Positions 38,284 through 46,340 of a stretch of DNA of 64,000 nt are shown piece by piece. The notes under the pieces are model-generated. The model ran no database searches, was not told the origin of the DNA, and saw nothing but the letters and a program-made list of their open reading frames with translations. Made by a program: the position numbers and the translations under genes. Origin of the DNA: a virus. Taxonomy: Duplodnaviria > Caudoviricetes. Numbering within the stretch: position 1 is the first letter of the stretch; each line of letters starts with the position of its first letter. The stretch lies in the IMG/VR virus record IMGVR_UViG_3300028591_000110, positions 71,564 through 135,563 of that record, one strand, 5' to 3'.

Positions 38284-39688
38284 CTGCCAGTTCCTCCGCT
38301 TCTTCGAGATCAGGCGCGGCTGCGGTTTCCTTGATCAACCCTTCGAGCGCCTTGAATGAAAAATTCTTGTGCTTAAACGCCGCGAAGGACGGGCGGTTGA
38401 CGATGCGGGCAACAACGCCCTCACGGACGTGCGTTTTGCCGATGGGATCGGGGCCGTCGTAGTATCGCTCGGCGCGATCCTTAACCCACTCCGGGACGTC
38501 ACGATACCCGGCTGTTGCAACCGCTGTCTCAGACGGCACAAAGCCACAGTAGAACACCGGGACACACTTGACGCCCATCTGCTGGCAGCGGTAACGCATG
38601 AAGTCCGGCGTGTATTCCACCACGTCGCCGTCCTCGTTGGTCATGGTCATGCGGTAGACATAGCAGTCATGAACCGGCATTTCCTTCTGAACACTGACAG
38701 CCTTCTCCGCGTTCGGGAATCCGCCGTCCAGGAGACCGGAGGCGTCAATGGTGATTGAGCCGGTAGGATCGCAGCCATAGGAGAAGGTGGTCGTCTCTCC
38801 GTACTGTTTGATGAACTCCTTGTCGTTTACCTTCTTGTTCGGGCAGGACGGCATGATGGGCTTGCCGTTATCCGTGAAGCCGACGACCTCGTAGTAGACG
38901 GTCTCGCCCTTGTGGAGCTTGCCTTCAAAGGCTTCGGCGTGCGGCTCGCGGAAAGAGTTGTTGCCGTAATAACCGCCATCCTCGAAGTCGTTTAAGACAG
39001 TGCGGCGCGTGCCGGTGACATAGCCATATTCGTAAATCGGCTTGCCGGGGCGACGCAGCAGCCAATCCATAAAGCTCCGCTTGTAGCCGGAGAACTTCGG
39101 GAGGTAGCCTGTCCGCTGACTGGTTCCGTGCATTTTCAGCGTAATCTCAATGAGATCACCGGGATGGAACGCGGACAGGTTGTAGGCGAGCTGCTCGGTG
39201 TCGGTGTGTTCCGCGAAGAGCGGGGCGATCGGCTCCTTGTGCTTACGGACGCGGTTGCCGCCTCCGTGCTGCTTCGGGGTCTGCACCTTCGGGATGTACT
39301 TCTCACAGATGGTGACGCCGTTCAGGACGGTGATTGTGTCGCCCTCCTTGAGCTTGGAGATATCCGTAAAGCTCTCAAGAGACTTGAGCGGCATGAAGAG
39401 GCCGTCGCTCTTTTCTCCGCGTAGCTTCATGGCGCGGATGTTGCGCTTGACGGGATCAAGATAGCCGCCGACGTTGTTGCCGTCTGCATCCTTGCGGCGG
39501 AGAAGATTGTTCTTGGTGGCGTATTCCACTCCGAGCTTCCCGTCAACAGGGAAGTACACACCCATCTCTTCCGGCTGCGTGGATAGATCCACAATGACGG
39601 TGTTGCCGAAGCACTCACCGCATTGCAGACGGTCTGCGTTGGTATGCTTTCTGAGGTTTTTGATGCGGGTAATGTAAGCTCTGTACAG
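38261..39688 (-). CDS. RNA ligase (Rnl2 / DRB0094-like with N-terminal OB fold; probable CTG start)
   Basis: HTNADRL, KLRGEKSDG, TLKMHGTS (motif I), YYE, REGVV, KHKN..F. Confidence 0.85.
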   Translation of the reverse strand: MYRAYITRIKNLRKHTNADRLQCGECFGNTVIVDLSTQPEEMGVYFPVDGKLGVEYATKNNLLRRKDADGNNVGGYLDPVKRNIRAMKLRGEKSDGLFMPLKSLESFTDISKLKEGDTITVLNGVTICEKYIPKVQTPKQHGGGNRVRKHKEPIAPLFAEHTDTEQLAYNLSAFHPGDLIEITLKMHGTSQRTGYLPKFSGYKRSFMDWLLRRPGKPIYEYGYVTGTRRTVLNDFEDGGYYGNNSFREPHAEAFEGKLHKGETVYYEVVGFTDNGKPIMPSCPNKKVNDKEFIKQYGETTTFSYGCDPTGSITIDASGLLDGGFPNAEKAVSVQKEMPVHDCYVYRMTMTNEDGDVVEYTPDFMRYRCQQMGVKCVPVFYCGFVPSETAVATAGYRDVPEWVKDRAERYYDGPDPIGKTHVREGVVARIVNRPSFAAFKHKNFSFKALEGLIKETAAAPDLEEAEELADAADEET

Positions 39689-39735
39689 CGTGATCACTCC
39701 TTATAGTCTTTAATGTTTTGCTAATGCTAAAAAAA

Positions 39736-40866
39736 TCAGCGGTTTAGTTTCAGGATAACGGACGCAGCTTTTGCAATTTCCATCGCCGCTGTGTTCACCT
39801 CAGAAAAGGTTGTGTTCCATCCGAAAGAAATGCGGATGGTACAGGCGGCGTCCGCCTCGCTCAAGCCCATTGCGAGCAGCACGCTTGAGACGTTCGATCC
39901 GTGCGCGTTGCAGGCGGAGCCGGCAGAGACGCAGATCTCTTTGGTGTCCAGCATCAGCAGCAGGGATTCCGAATTGACGCCCGGAATCGTGAGGCTGATG
40001 ATGTTGTCTACAACCGCTTCGCCGCCGTTGACAAAAAAGGGCTTGGTCATATAGGAACGAAGCGTAGACAGGAACGCATGGCGAAGCTGATGATACACGA
40101 GGCGTTCTTCCTTCATGTCCTTCATGGCGATCTCTGCTGCAGCGCCGAATCCGACGATGCCGGGAACATTTTCCGTTCCGGGACGAATGCCAAACTCCTG
40201 GCGTCCGCCATACATAAGCTGGCGATGGCGCTTTTGAACGCCGCCTTTTACATAGAGCGCTCCGACGCCCATCGGCCCGCCGAATTTATGCGCGGAGAAG
40301 GTCATGTAATCCACGCCGGCGGCCTTCACATCCACCGGAATATGGCCGACCGCCTGAGATGCATCGGTGTGCATTTCGATCCCTTCTGCTTCGCAGATCT
40401 CCGCGAGCTTCCAGATGGGGAATATCGTTCCGGTTTCGTTATTGACCCACATGACGGACATAACGCGCGGCATCGTATGAAAACCACTTGCCGCAATCTG
40501 CAAGGCAGAAACGTCAACGCCATGTTCTTTATGGTACGGGACATATACTGACGACCCGCACATCAAAGAACGAACAGAAGAATGCTCCATTCTTGTTGAG
40601 AGAAAAAGCATATCACGCAGGCCAACCATGGACGCAAACAGGCTGTTCGACTCCGTGGCGCCGGAGGTGAAGATGATCTCCTCCGGCTCCGCGTTGATCA
40701 GCGCTGCAACCTGTTCTCTCGCATGCTTGACAGCCTCTGACGCCTCCCGTCCGCAGGCGTGAATGCTGCCGGGATTTCCGGGATGCTGATACGCCATCAC
40801 ATGCATCATCTCGTTCAGCGCTCTCGGCTTGACCGGCGTGGTGGCGGCATGATCCAGATAGATCAT
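39736..40866 (-). CDS. iscS: Cysteine desulfurase (IscS/NifS)
   Basis: YLDHAATT, FTSGATES, NNETG, SAHKFGGP, GSAC. Confidence 0.95.
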   Translation of the reverse strand: MIYLDHAATTPVKPRALNEMMHVMAYQHPGNPGSIHACGREASEAVKHAREQVAALINAEPEEIIFTSGATESNSLFASMVGLRDMLFLSTRMEHSSVRSLMCGSSVYVPYHKEHGVDVSALQIAASGFHTMPRVMSVMWVNNETGTIFPIWKLAEICEAEGIEMHTDASQAVGHIPVDVKAAGVDYMTFSAHKFGGPMGVGALYVKGGVQKRHRQLMYGGRQEFGIRPGTENVPGIVGFGAAAEIAMKDMKEERLVYHQLRHAFLSTLRSYMTKPFFVNGGEAVVDNIISLTIPGVNSESLLLMLDTKEICVSAGSACNAHGSNVSSVLLAMGLSEADAACTIRISFGWNTTFSEVNTAAMEIAKAASVILKLNR

Positions 40867-42413
40867 TCGTTCGCCTCCGCAAGCGCACACTCAATGGGTG
40901 CGTAGCGCTCCGTGTTCAGCACGTCCAGCAGGCACTCAAACGGGTCGAGCTTGCCGGACATGACCATGTTGACGATGTTCACGGAGAAGCCGGAGACCAG
41001 GGCGACGCCGAGGTCGTTTTCCTTGACGGGGATCGTACCGGTGCGGCTGTTCAGGTTCCAGAACACGAGGCGCGGGAGCTTGTAGCCGTGCGCGGCATAC
41101 TTCTTCGCAATGGCGCCGAAGAGCGTGCTCGGGATTCCTTTGGTATTGTAATACCCATAACCGACGGTGGAATTGCAGCGAGCGCAGCCGTCAAACTCCA
41201 TGTCGGAGAGGATCAGGACGTTCTGCGGCAGATCCTCCTGCGGCATTTCGTTCTCCACCGCCGTCTGAAGGATCAGATCGAACACCGCTTCGATGTTGGT
41301 GTTAGAGCACTCGTCGTGCTGCAGAGCGATCATCAGTTTGTCGCGAAGGTTCTTTCCGCTGCTGAGATCCACGAGCTGCGGGCGACTTGAGAAGGTGATG
41401 TACTTGTCCTTGAACTCGCTGGAGGAGCGCTCCGCGAAATAGATTGCGAGCGCGTTCGCGACGGAGATCGCGGACACATTGCTGCCCCCAACCTTGCAGA
41501 TCATGCTGCCGGAACCGTCCGCGACGACGATGGCATTACCGCAACCGTTGACGGTATCAGGAAGCGCCTTCCAGAGCTGTTCCAGCGTGGCGTCGTAGTC
41601 CCTGGGGCTCCAGCCGCACATGTACTTATGCACGATATCGTGCGGGAAGAGCGTGCCGGCGTTGATCTTGGTCTCTCCCTTTTCGAGCGCAGCAAGATAG
41701 GCGCGGCGGCGAGACTCGTCATTGCGCAGGAACGCATTGTTATAGAGCAGATTCGCGCGGGACGGGACGATCTCATAGTTGATCTCATTCCACTGCTTAG
41801 CGGACATCTGCTGCTCCACGACGCGCAGCGCCTTGCGCATGGCGGAAAGCTGCTTGCGGTAATTGCGCTCCGTGAGGCCGAAGGCGTCGCAGATCAGACG
41901 CGCATAGCGGCGCGTCTCCGCAGAGCTGGCGTTCGCAGAGGGCATCCACTTTGCCAGCAGGGAGCAGGGCTTTCCGGCGCGGACGTTCTTCCAGTCCGCG
42001 TTGAACTGGCCGCGCACAAAGGCGAGCACGCGATCCCGCGCAGGCGTATCCAGCAGCGGCCAGAGGTCATCCCATCTGCCGTACTCCGGAATCAGGGAAA
42101 TCAGCGGGAGTACACAATGGGAATCCACGCCCATCATCGTCTTGATGACGACGCGGAACAGACGGCGCTCGCCGAGGCCGCCGCGCACATCGCGGGCATA
42201 GAACAGCCACTTCATGGCGAGCACACGATCCTCGAAGAAGGCGTCCACAAACTTGCGGGCGATCTGATCCTCCGTCATACTGCGCATGGACGCAACGGCG
42301 AAGTTGAGGTCGAGGAGCGCATGACCGGTCGTTCTGTAGCCGACGGCGCCGTTTTCGGTGATGGACTTTTCGTTGTTCAGCGTGTTCTGAACAGCACTCA
42401 TAAAGTTGCTCAT
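40863..42413 (-). CDS. DUF2828 protein (TROVE/Ro60-like helical ring + vWA)
   Basis: TENGA, RDVRGGLGER, EYGRWDDL, LLAKWMP, DGSGSM (MIDAS), SDMEFD, VFWN, GVALVSGFS. Confidence 0.9.
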   Translation of the reverse strand: MSNFMSAVQNTLNNEKSITENGAVGYRTTGHALLDLNFAVASMRSMTEDQIARKFVDAFFEDRVLAMKWLFYARDVRGGLGERRLFRVVIKTMMGVDSHCVLPLISLIPEYGRWDDLWPLLDTPARDRVLAFVRGQFNADWKNVRAGKPCSLLAKWMPSANASSAETRRYARLICDAFGLTERNYRKQLSAMRKALRVVEQQMSAKQWNEINYEIVPSRANLLYNNAFLRNDESRRRAYLAALEKGETKINAGTLFPHDIVHKYMCGWSPRDYDATLEQLWKALPDTVNGCGNAIVVADGSGSMICKVGGSNVSAISVANALAIYFAERSSSEFKDKYITFSSRPQLVDLSSGKNLRDKLMIALQHDECSNTNIEAVFDLILQTAVENEMPQEDLPQNVLILSDMEFDGCARCNSTVGYGYYNTKGIPSTLFGAIAKKYAAHGYKLPRLVFWNLNSRTGTIPVKENDLGVALVSGFSVNIVNMVMSGKLDPFECLLDVLNTERYAPIECALAEANE

Positions 42414-42439
42414 GTTTCTTTCCTCCTGAGAAAAAATAG

Positions 42440-42524
42440 TGGAGGTACAAGGCGCACACCATGCCGATCAAACATGGGTTTGAAATGGAGACTCATTGGG
42501 GTTGCTGTGCTGCGCCTTTGCACC
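42440..42524 (-). ncRNA. CAGCAA-type RNA a: long bulged terminal stem with TCCA 3' end
   Basis: GGTGCAA-A-GGCGCA pairs with TGCGCC-TTGTACC, followed by TCCA; internal ACAGCAA and a 7-nt-loop hairpin. Confidence 0.6.
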
Positions 42525-42551
42525 AGGGCGTAATGCCTTGCCAAATGCTTA

Positions 42552-42677
42552 TGGAGCGGAGAGCAGGAATCGAACCTGCGATGGCGGGATGGATATTTCA
42601 TCAAAGGCTTGCTGTAAGCGCTTCGGATCGAAGCGCGGAAGAAAAAGCCCGCTGTCTTACCACTTGACGATCTCCGC
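42552..42677 (-). ncRNA. CAGCAA-type RNA b: tRNA-Gly-like body with an expanded anticodon arm
   Basis: Acceptor GCGGAGA/TCTCCGC-TCCA, D- and T-arms intact; insert has the GCGCTTCG/CGAAGCGC hairpin + TTACAGCAA. Confidence 0.75.
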
Positions 42678-42680
42678 ATA

Positions 42681-42802
42681 TGGCGCCGGGAGCAGGGCTC
42701 GAACCTGCGGCCTCGGGTTTAACAGACCAAAATAAATTTGCTGCGGGTGTCTGCAAAACCAGACACCATAATACGCGCTCTAACCGACTGAGCTATCCAG
42801 GC
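42681..42802 (-). tRNA. tRNA-Asn(GTT) with a 45-nt CAGCAA insert in the anticodon stem (RNA c)
   Basis: Removing 42729-42773 gives a 77-nt cloverleaf with CGGGT-CTGTTAA-ACCCG and CCA. Confidence 0.8.
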
Positions 42803-42877
42803 ATATAAAAGCCGTCTGTCCGGCTGTCAAGCGTCTAGTTCCGCTTTGCCAAGAGAAAAAGGGGGATTCACGGCTTT

Positions 42878-42990
42878 TGGGAGAGGAAGGAATCGAACCT
42901 TCGAGGCAAAAGATGAACAGTCTTTCTAAAATTAATTTGCTGTATGCGCCCGCCGTGCGTTGCGCAATAGAGCCACAGTCCATGTCTCCC
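42878..42990 (-). ncRNA. CAGCAA-type RNA d: degenerate tRNA-like RNA with a GTT anticodon loop
   Basis: GGGAGA/TCTCCC acceptor, T-arm GAAGG-TTCGATT-CCTTC, TGCGC/GCGCA + TACAGCAA, AAAGA-CTGTTCA-TCTTT; no D-arm. Confidence 0.65.
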
Positions 42991-42991
42991 A

Positions 42992-43075
42992 TGGTATCGG
43001 CGGCGGGAATCGAACCCGCACGGTCAAACCATCGTATTTTAAGTACGAAGTGTCTGCCTGTTCCACCACGCCGAC
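42992..43075 (-). tRNA. tRNA-Leu(TAA)
   Basis: Cloverleaf with TCGTA-CTTAAAA-TACGA, long variable arm, CCA. Confidence 0.9.
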
Positions 43076-43231
43076 ATAGAAAGCGGTTTGTTTCAGTCCA
43101 ATGCAGGAGGCGTTGCCGCGCTCTTGAACCCTGCATAACCGCAAAGGACATACGCTTGCGCGAATTTTCGAAAGGAGGTATCGTTGCCCACACAAAAACA
43201 CTCGCACCGGAAATCCCACAAACCGGCGCAA

Positions 43232-43322
43232 TGGCGGACGGGGTGAGACTCGAACTCACACGGCCTTGCGACCTACTCACGGTTTAGCAAACCGCTGCCT
43301 TACCGGTTAGGCTTACCCGTCC
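43232..43322 (-). tRNA. tRNA-Ser(GCT)
   Basis: Cloverleaf with GCGGT-TTGCTAA-ACCGT, long variable arm, GCCA. Confidence 0.9.
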
Positions 43323-43329
43323 ATAAAAC

Positions 43330-43385
43330 GCGGCACGTTGTTTTTGATTTGCAGTCAATTGTTTTACCATTGCTGTGCGTGCCGC
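43330..43385 (-). ncRNA. CAGCAA-type RNA e: mini-RNA with a Cys(GCA)-like anticodon stem-loop
   Basis: GCGGCACG/CGTGCCGC stem enclosing CACAGCAA and TTGA-CTGCAAA-TCAA. Confidence 0.65.
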
Positions 43386-43396
43386 TGATAGGGGGA

Positions 43397-43705
43397 TTAC
43401 TCGTCTGTTTGTTCTGCCGGCGCTTCGTCGATCTCCGGATTTGATGACTCAAAACCGAAGAGCTCCGTCAGCTTCTGGATCACGGTGTTGTTGCGGGTCA
43501 TATTATTTACCAGATCGTTTCTGGCAATTGCTAACCGCTGGATGTAAGAATCGATTTCCGCGAGCTTGTCACGGGATTCCTGATTGATCAGCTCAAGGCT
43601 GGAAACCGTTCTGGCGAACACATCCATGGCGCCGTCTGACTGCTCCTGCAGGAGCTGCGACGCCTGATTCGTGACTTCAAGGAAGTCTGTCTTCTTTCTT
43701 GCCAT
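43397..43705 (-). CDS. Coiled-coil hypothetical protein
   Basis: Operonic ORF. Confidence 0.65.
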   Translation of the reverse strand: MARKKTDFLEVTNQASQLLQEQSDGAMDVFARTVSSLELINQESRDKLAEIDSYIQRLAIARNDLVNNMTRNNTVIQKLTELFGFESSNPEIDEAPAEQTDE

Positions 43706-43712
43706 CCGCGCC

Positions 43713-44576
43713 TCACTTTCCGGTTAGATCGATGATGGGTGTTCCGCCTGTGACCTGCGGCATAACGCCGTCCCACTGCTCATACTTGATCTTTTCGATC
43801 AGCTCCGGCGTGAGGGAAGCGGCAATCTCACGGTTGGCCTCTGCCTCGGCCTGCGCTGCGATCCTCGTTGCCTCCGCCGCTGCGTTGGCGTCCACGATCT
43901 TCTTTTCTGCCTGCACCTTGGCGGTCTGCGTTTCGATATTCGCAAGCTCAAGCTCCTGCTGCGCCGTGACCTTCTTCTGAATGGCAGCAGCCGTCTCGTC
44001 ATCCACGCTGATATCTGTAAAGTTTACGGTGTCGATGATGATGCCGTACTTATCGAATTTCTGCTTGAGATATTCGTCCAGCTTGGCATTGATATCCGTT
44101 CGCTTATCGCCGAAGATGTCCGTGACCGGGAAAAGCGCACTGACTTCCTGCGTCCACGCAATTACCTTGGGCTTAATAAATGTGTCCTTGATCTCCTCGC
44201 CGGACTTGCCCTTGAAGCGGACGAAGGTTTCGGCGACACGCTCCTCGTCGAAGCGGTAGGAGTATTCCAGATTGACGCGCACGGTCTTGCCGTCGCTGGT
44301 AGGGATGTTGAAGGATTCATCCTTCTTGGAGTCTCCCTTTTCCTCTGACGACAGATACGACTGTTCAATGCCGACGGAGTACATGGTGACTCGTTTGGTT
44401 GGCGAAACGACGTGCCATCCCTGCGTCAGAATCTCTCCGTCCACGCCGCCGTTCATGTTGTACACAACGCCGACATAGCCCGCCGGCACTTTCTCCGTGA
44501 CCCATAGGGTAAAGAAGAGTCCGCCGATCAGAATGACGGCCAGAATGATCGCGCCCAAGGCGCCCTTTCTGTTCAA
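43713..44576 (-). CDS. SPFH / band-7 (prohibitin-like) membrane protein
   Basis: N-terminal TM, KVPAGYVGVV, AEAEA coiled coil, QWDG.MP. Confidence 0.9.
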   Translation of the reverse strand: MNRKGALGAIILAVILIGGLFFTLWVTEKVPAGYVGVVYNMNGGVDGEILTQGWHVVSPTKRVTMYSVGIEQSYLSSEEKGDSKKDESFNIPTSDGKTVRVNLEYSYRFDEERVAETFVRFKGKSGEEIKDTFIKPKVIAWTQEVSALFPVTDIFGDKRTDINAKLDEYLKQKFDKYGIIIDTVNFTDISVDDETAAAIQKKVTAQQELELANIETQTAKVQAEKKIVDANAAAEATRIAAQAEAEANREIAASLTPELIEKIKYEQWDGVMPQVTGGTPIIDLTGK

Positions 44577-44755
44577 ATGCTTTCATCCTTTCTATCTGAT
44601 TTTTTAGAATTTGTATTTTCGTCCTCGTCATCCATGACTGCGCCGGCGGCATCGTCCAGCAGCTTGGCAAAGATCTTGCCAATGGGACGATACAGACCGG
44701 ACAGCAGGAGAAGGAGGATCAAAGCCCCGATAAAAAGAAGCGGAATAATTTTCAT
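44573..44755 (-). CDS. Small membrane protein
   Basis: Hydrophobic N-terminus, coupled to the SPFH gene. Confidence 0.6.
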   Translation of the reverse strand: MKIIPLLFIGALILLLLLSGLYRPIGKIFAKLLDDAAGAVMDDEDENTNSKKSDRKDESI

Positions 44756-44838
44756 GAAGTCCTCCGTTAGTCTTTAATGATGCGCTAATGTCTTGAATAC
44801 AGCGGCGCGGTTTTGCGCCGCTGAAAATCTGAATGAAA

Positions 44839-45768
44839 TCAGAATAGTTTTTTATAAGCGTTGTAATTTCCGATCGCGGCCAGGTGTTTGGATTCTGTGG
44901 AGGTGTCCGCACACAGAACCTTTGCAGCGAACGCCGGATCTTTCAGGTTGAAGGAATCGCTTGCGCACTCAAGCATGTAGGCGCGGAAGTACACGCCGGA
45001 TCGGAACGCGGTTTCGTAAGACAGGGAATACCGGCAATCCGATTCTTTATTCATGCGATAAAGGATCGGGCGCATGGATTCCACCGTCATTTTATCGGTG
45101 CGATCCGTGCGGATCAGGTACTCGGACGGGATATAGCTGCGGAAGATGACGCCCTTTGCCTGCTGGTTATATCCGAGAGAGATCTTCACCTGATGCAGAA
45201 ACTGCATCACATCATCCGGGATGGAGACAAACCGGTCTCCGACCGTGACGCCGCCGTCCGCTAGATCCGCCTTCCTGACATTGATAATCTCTTCTTCCGT
45301 GAGACCGAACCACGCGAGGAACAGAATGGCAGTGGGGATGTCAAATTTTTCCGGATATTTGGCGCCGGATTCCACAACGGTCTCCATGACGGCGGTCTTC
45401 AAGGCCTGAAAGTTCTTGAAGTAGCCGAGCTTTACGGCGCTCTCCTTGGCCTGCCAAACCGTTCCGGCGACGTTAAGATCCGGAAAGTGGACGGAAGAAA
45501 GCACAGTCACCTGTTCCGCCGGCAGGCTGCCGGACTCCACCATGGCTCTGACATAGGACATGACGGCGCTTTTCCTCGCCGTGAATCCGGCGCGGCGGCG
45601 GCAGAACGAGGAGAAGAGATCGATATACTGCTCTCTCGTGAGGCCATTGTCCAGACTGTTGCCGCTGGACGCCTCGTAGGCCAGAACGTGCTTCCAGACC
45701 TGCCGAAACATGTTAGATGCGTTGGTGTTCTGATCCAAAATGCCTTTTACAATTTGTTCTCGTGTCAT
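44839..45768 (-). CDS. Catalytically degenerate tyrosine-recombinase-like protein (MrpR/YopR-like repressor candidate)
   Basis: AILFLAWFGLTEEEIINVRKADL (Thr at the catalytic Arg position); SYETAFRSG in place of HxLRH; SAM-like N-terminus. Confidence 0.6.
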   Translation of the reverse strand: MTREQIVKGILDQNTNASNMFRQVWKHVLAYEASSGNSLDNGLTREQYIDLFSSFCRRRAGFTARKSAVMSYVRAMVESGSLPAEQVTVLSSVHFPDLNVAGTVWQAKESAVKLGYFKNFQALKTAVMETVVESGAKYPEKFDIPTAILFLAWFGLTEEEIINVRKADLADGGVTVGDRFVSIPDDVMQFLHQVKISLGYNQQAKGVIFRSYIPSEYLIRTDRTDKMTVESMRPILYRMNKESDCRYSLSYETAFRSGVYFRAYMLECASDSFNLKDPAFAAKVLCADTSTESKHLAAIGNYNAYKKLF

Positions 45769-45798
45769 GACGGGAACCCCCTTTGTTGCTCTGAGGTT

Positions 45799-45827
45799 AT
45801 TGTATCAGAAGGAGATTCCCTTGTCAA
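45799..45827 (-). promoter_or_regulatory. SigA promoter of the MrpR-like gene, with an abutting operator-like box (45828-45847)
   Basis: TTGACA-17bp-TACAAT. Confidence 0.85.
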
Positions 45828-45904
45828 TAGCAAAACACAAAAAACTTGCAAAAAGATTTCAGAATCAGTCAAAACGCTTTAGAATCAACGAGATAGCGAA
45901 AAGA

Positions 45905-46303
45905 TCAGGCGGATTTCATAGCGTTCCGGCGCTGCCGTTCGTGCCTCCAGACCATAAACATGGTCTCCCAATGTCCCTCCCAATATGGATCAAGACCGGA
46001 CTTGCCGTTGTTCGGATCGGCAAAGAGCTGCCGCAGCATCTCTTCCACTTCGTCATCCTCCGCAGAGACAGGGAATTTTTCGGTTCCGGACGGTGTTTTT
46101 ACGATCAGCAAAATTCTGACCGGCGGATAAGGCCAGGTGAACGCCTCCGGCTGCACAATCACGGACAACCCTGCCTCCACCGGCTCGCTTCTGCAGCGCG
46201 GGACTTCGCCGTAATACGGGAGCAGGATGTTCATCCGATCTTTGCTTTTGATTTGAATCGCATTACGGTTCAGTTTAATGGATGGATCGCGTTTCAGGTG
46301 CAT
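45905..46303 (-). CDS. Hypothetical protein
   Basis: ORF with RBS, downstream of the leftward switch promoter. Confidence 0.55.
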   Translation of the reverse strand: MHLKRDPSIKLNRNAIQIKSKDRMNILLPYYGEVPRCRSEPVEAGLSVIVQPEAFTWPYPPVRILLIVKTPSGTEKFPVSAEDDEVEEMLRQLFADPNNGKSGLDPYWEGHWETMFMVWRHERQRRNAMKSA

Positions 46304-46340
46304 GGCAAATCCCCTTTTCCTAAGTATTTGAATAAAAATG

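Noticed and set aside
16361-40866. PAPS reductase + IscS as a Dnd/Ssp phosphorothioation system
   Set aside because: The genes are more than 20 kb apart and no DndD/DndE or Ssp partners are visible.
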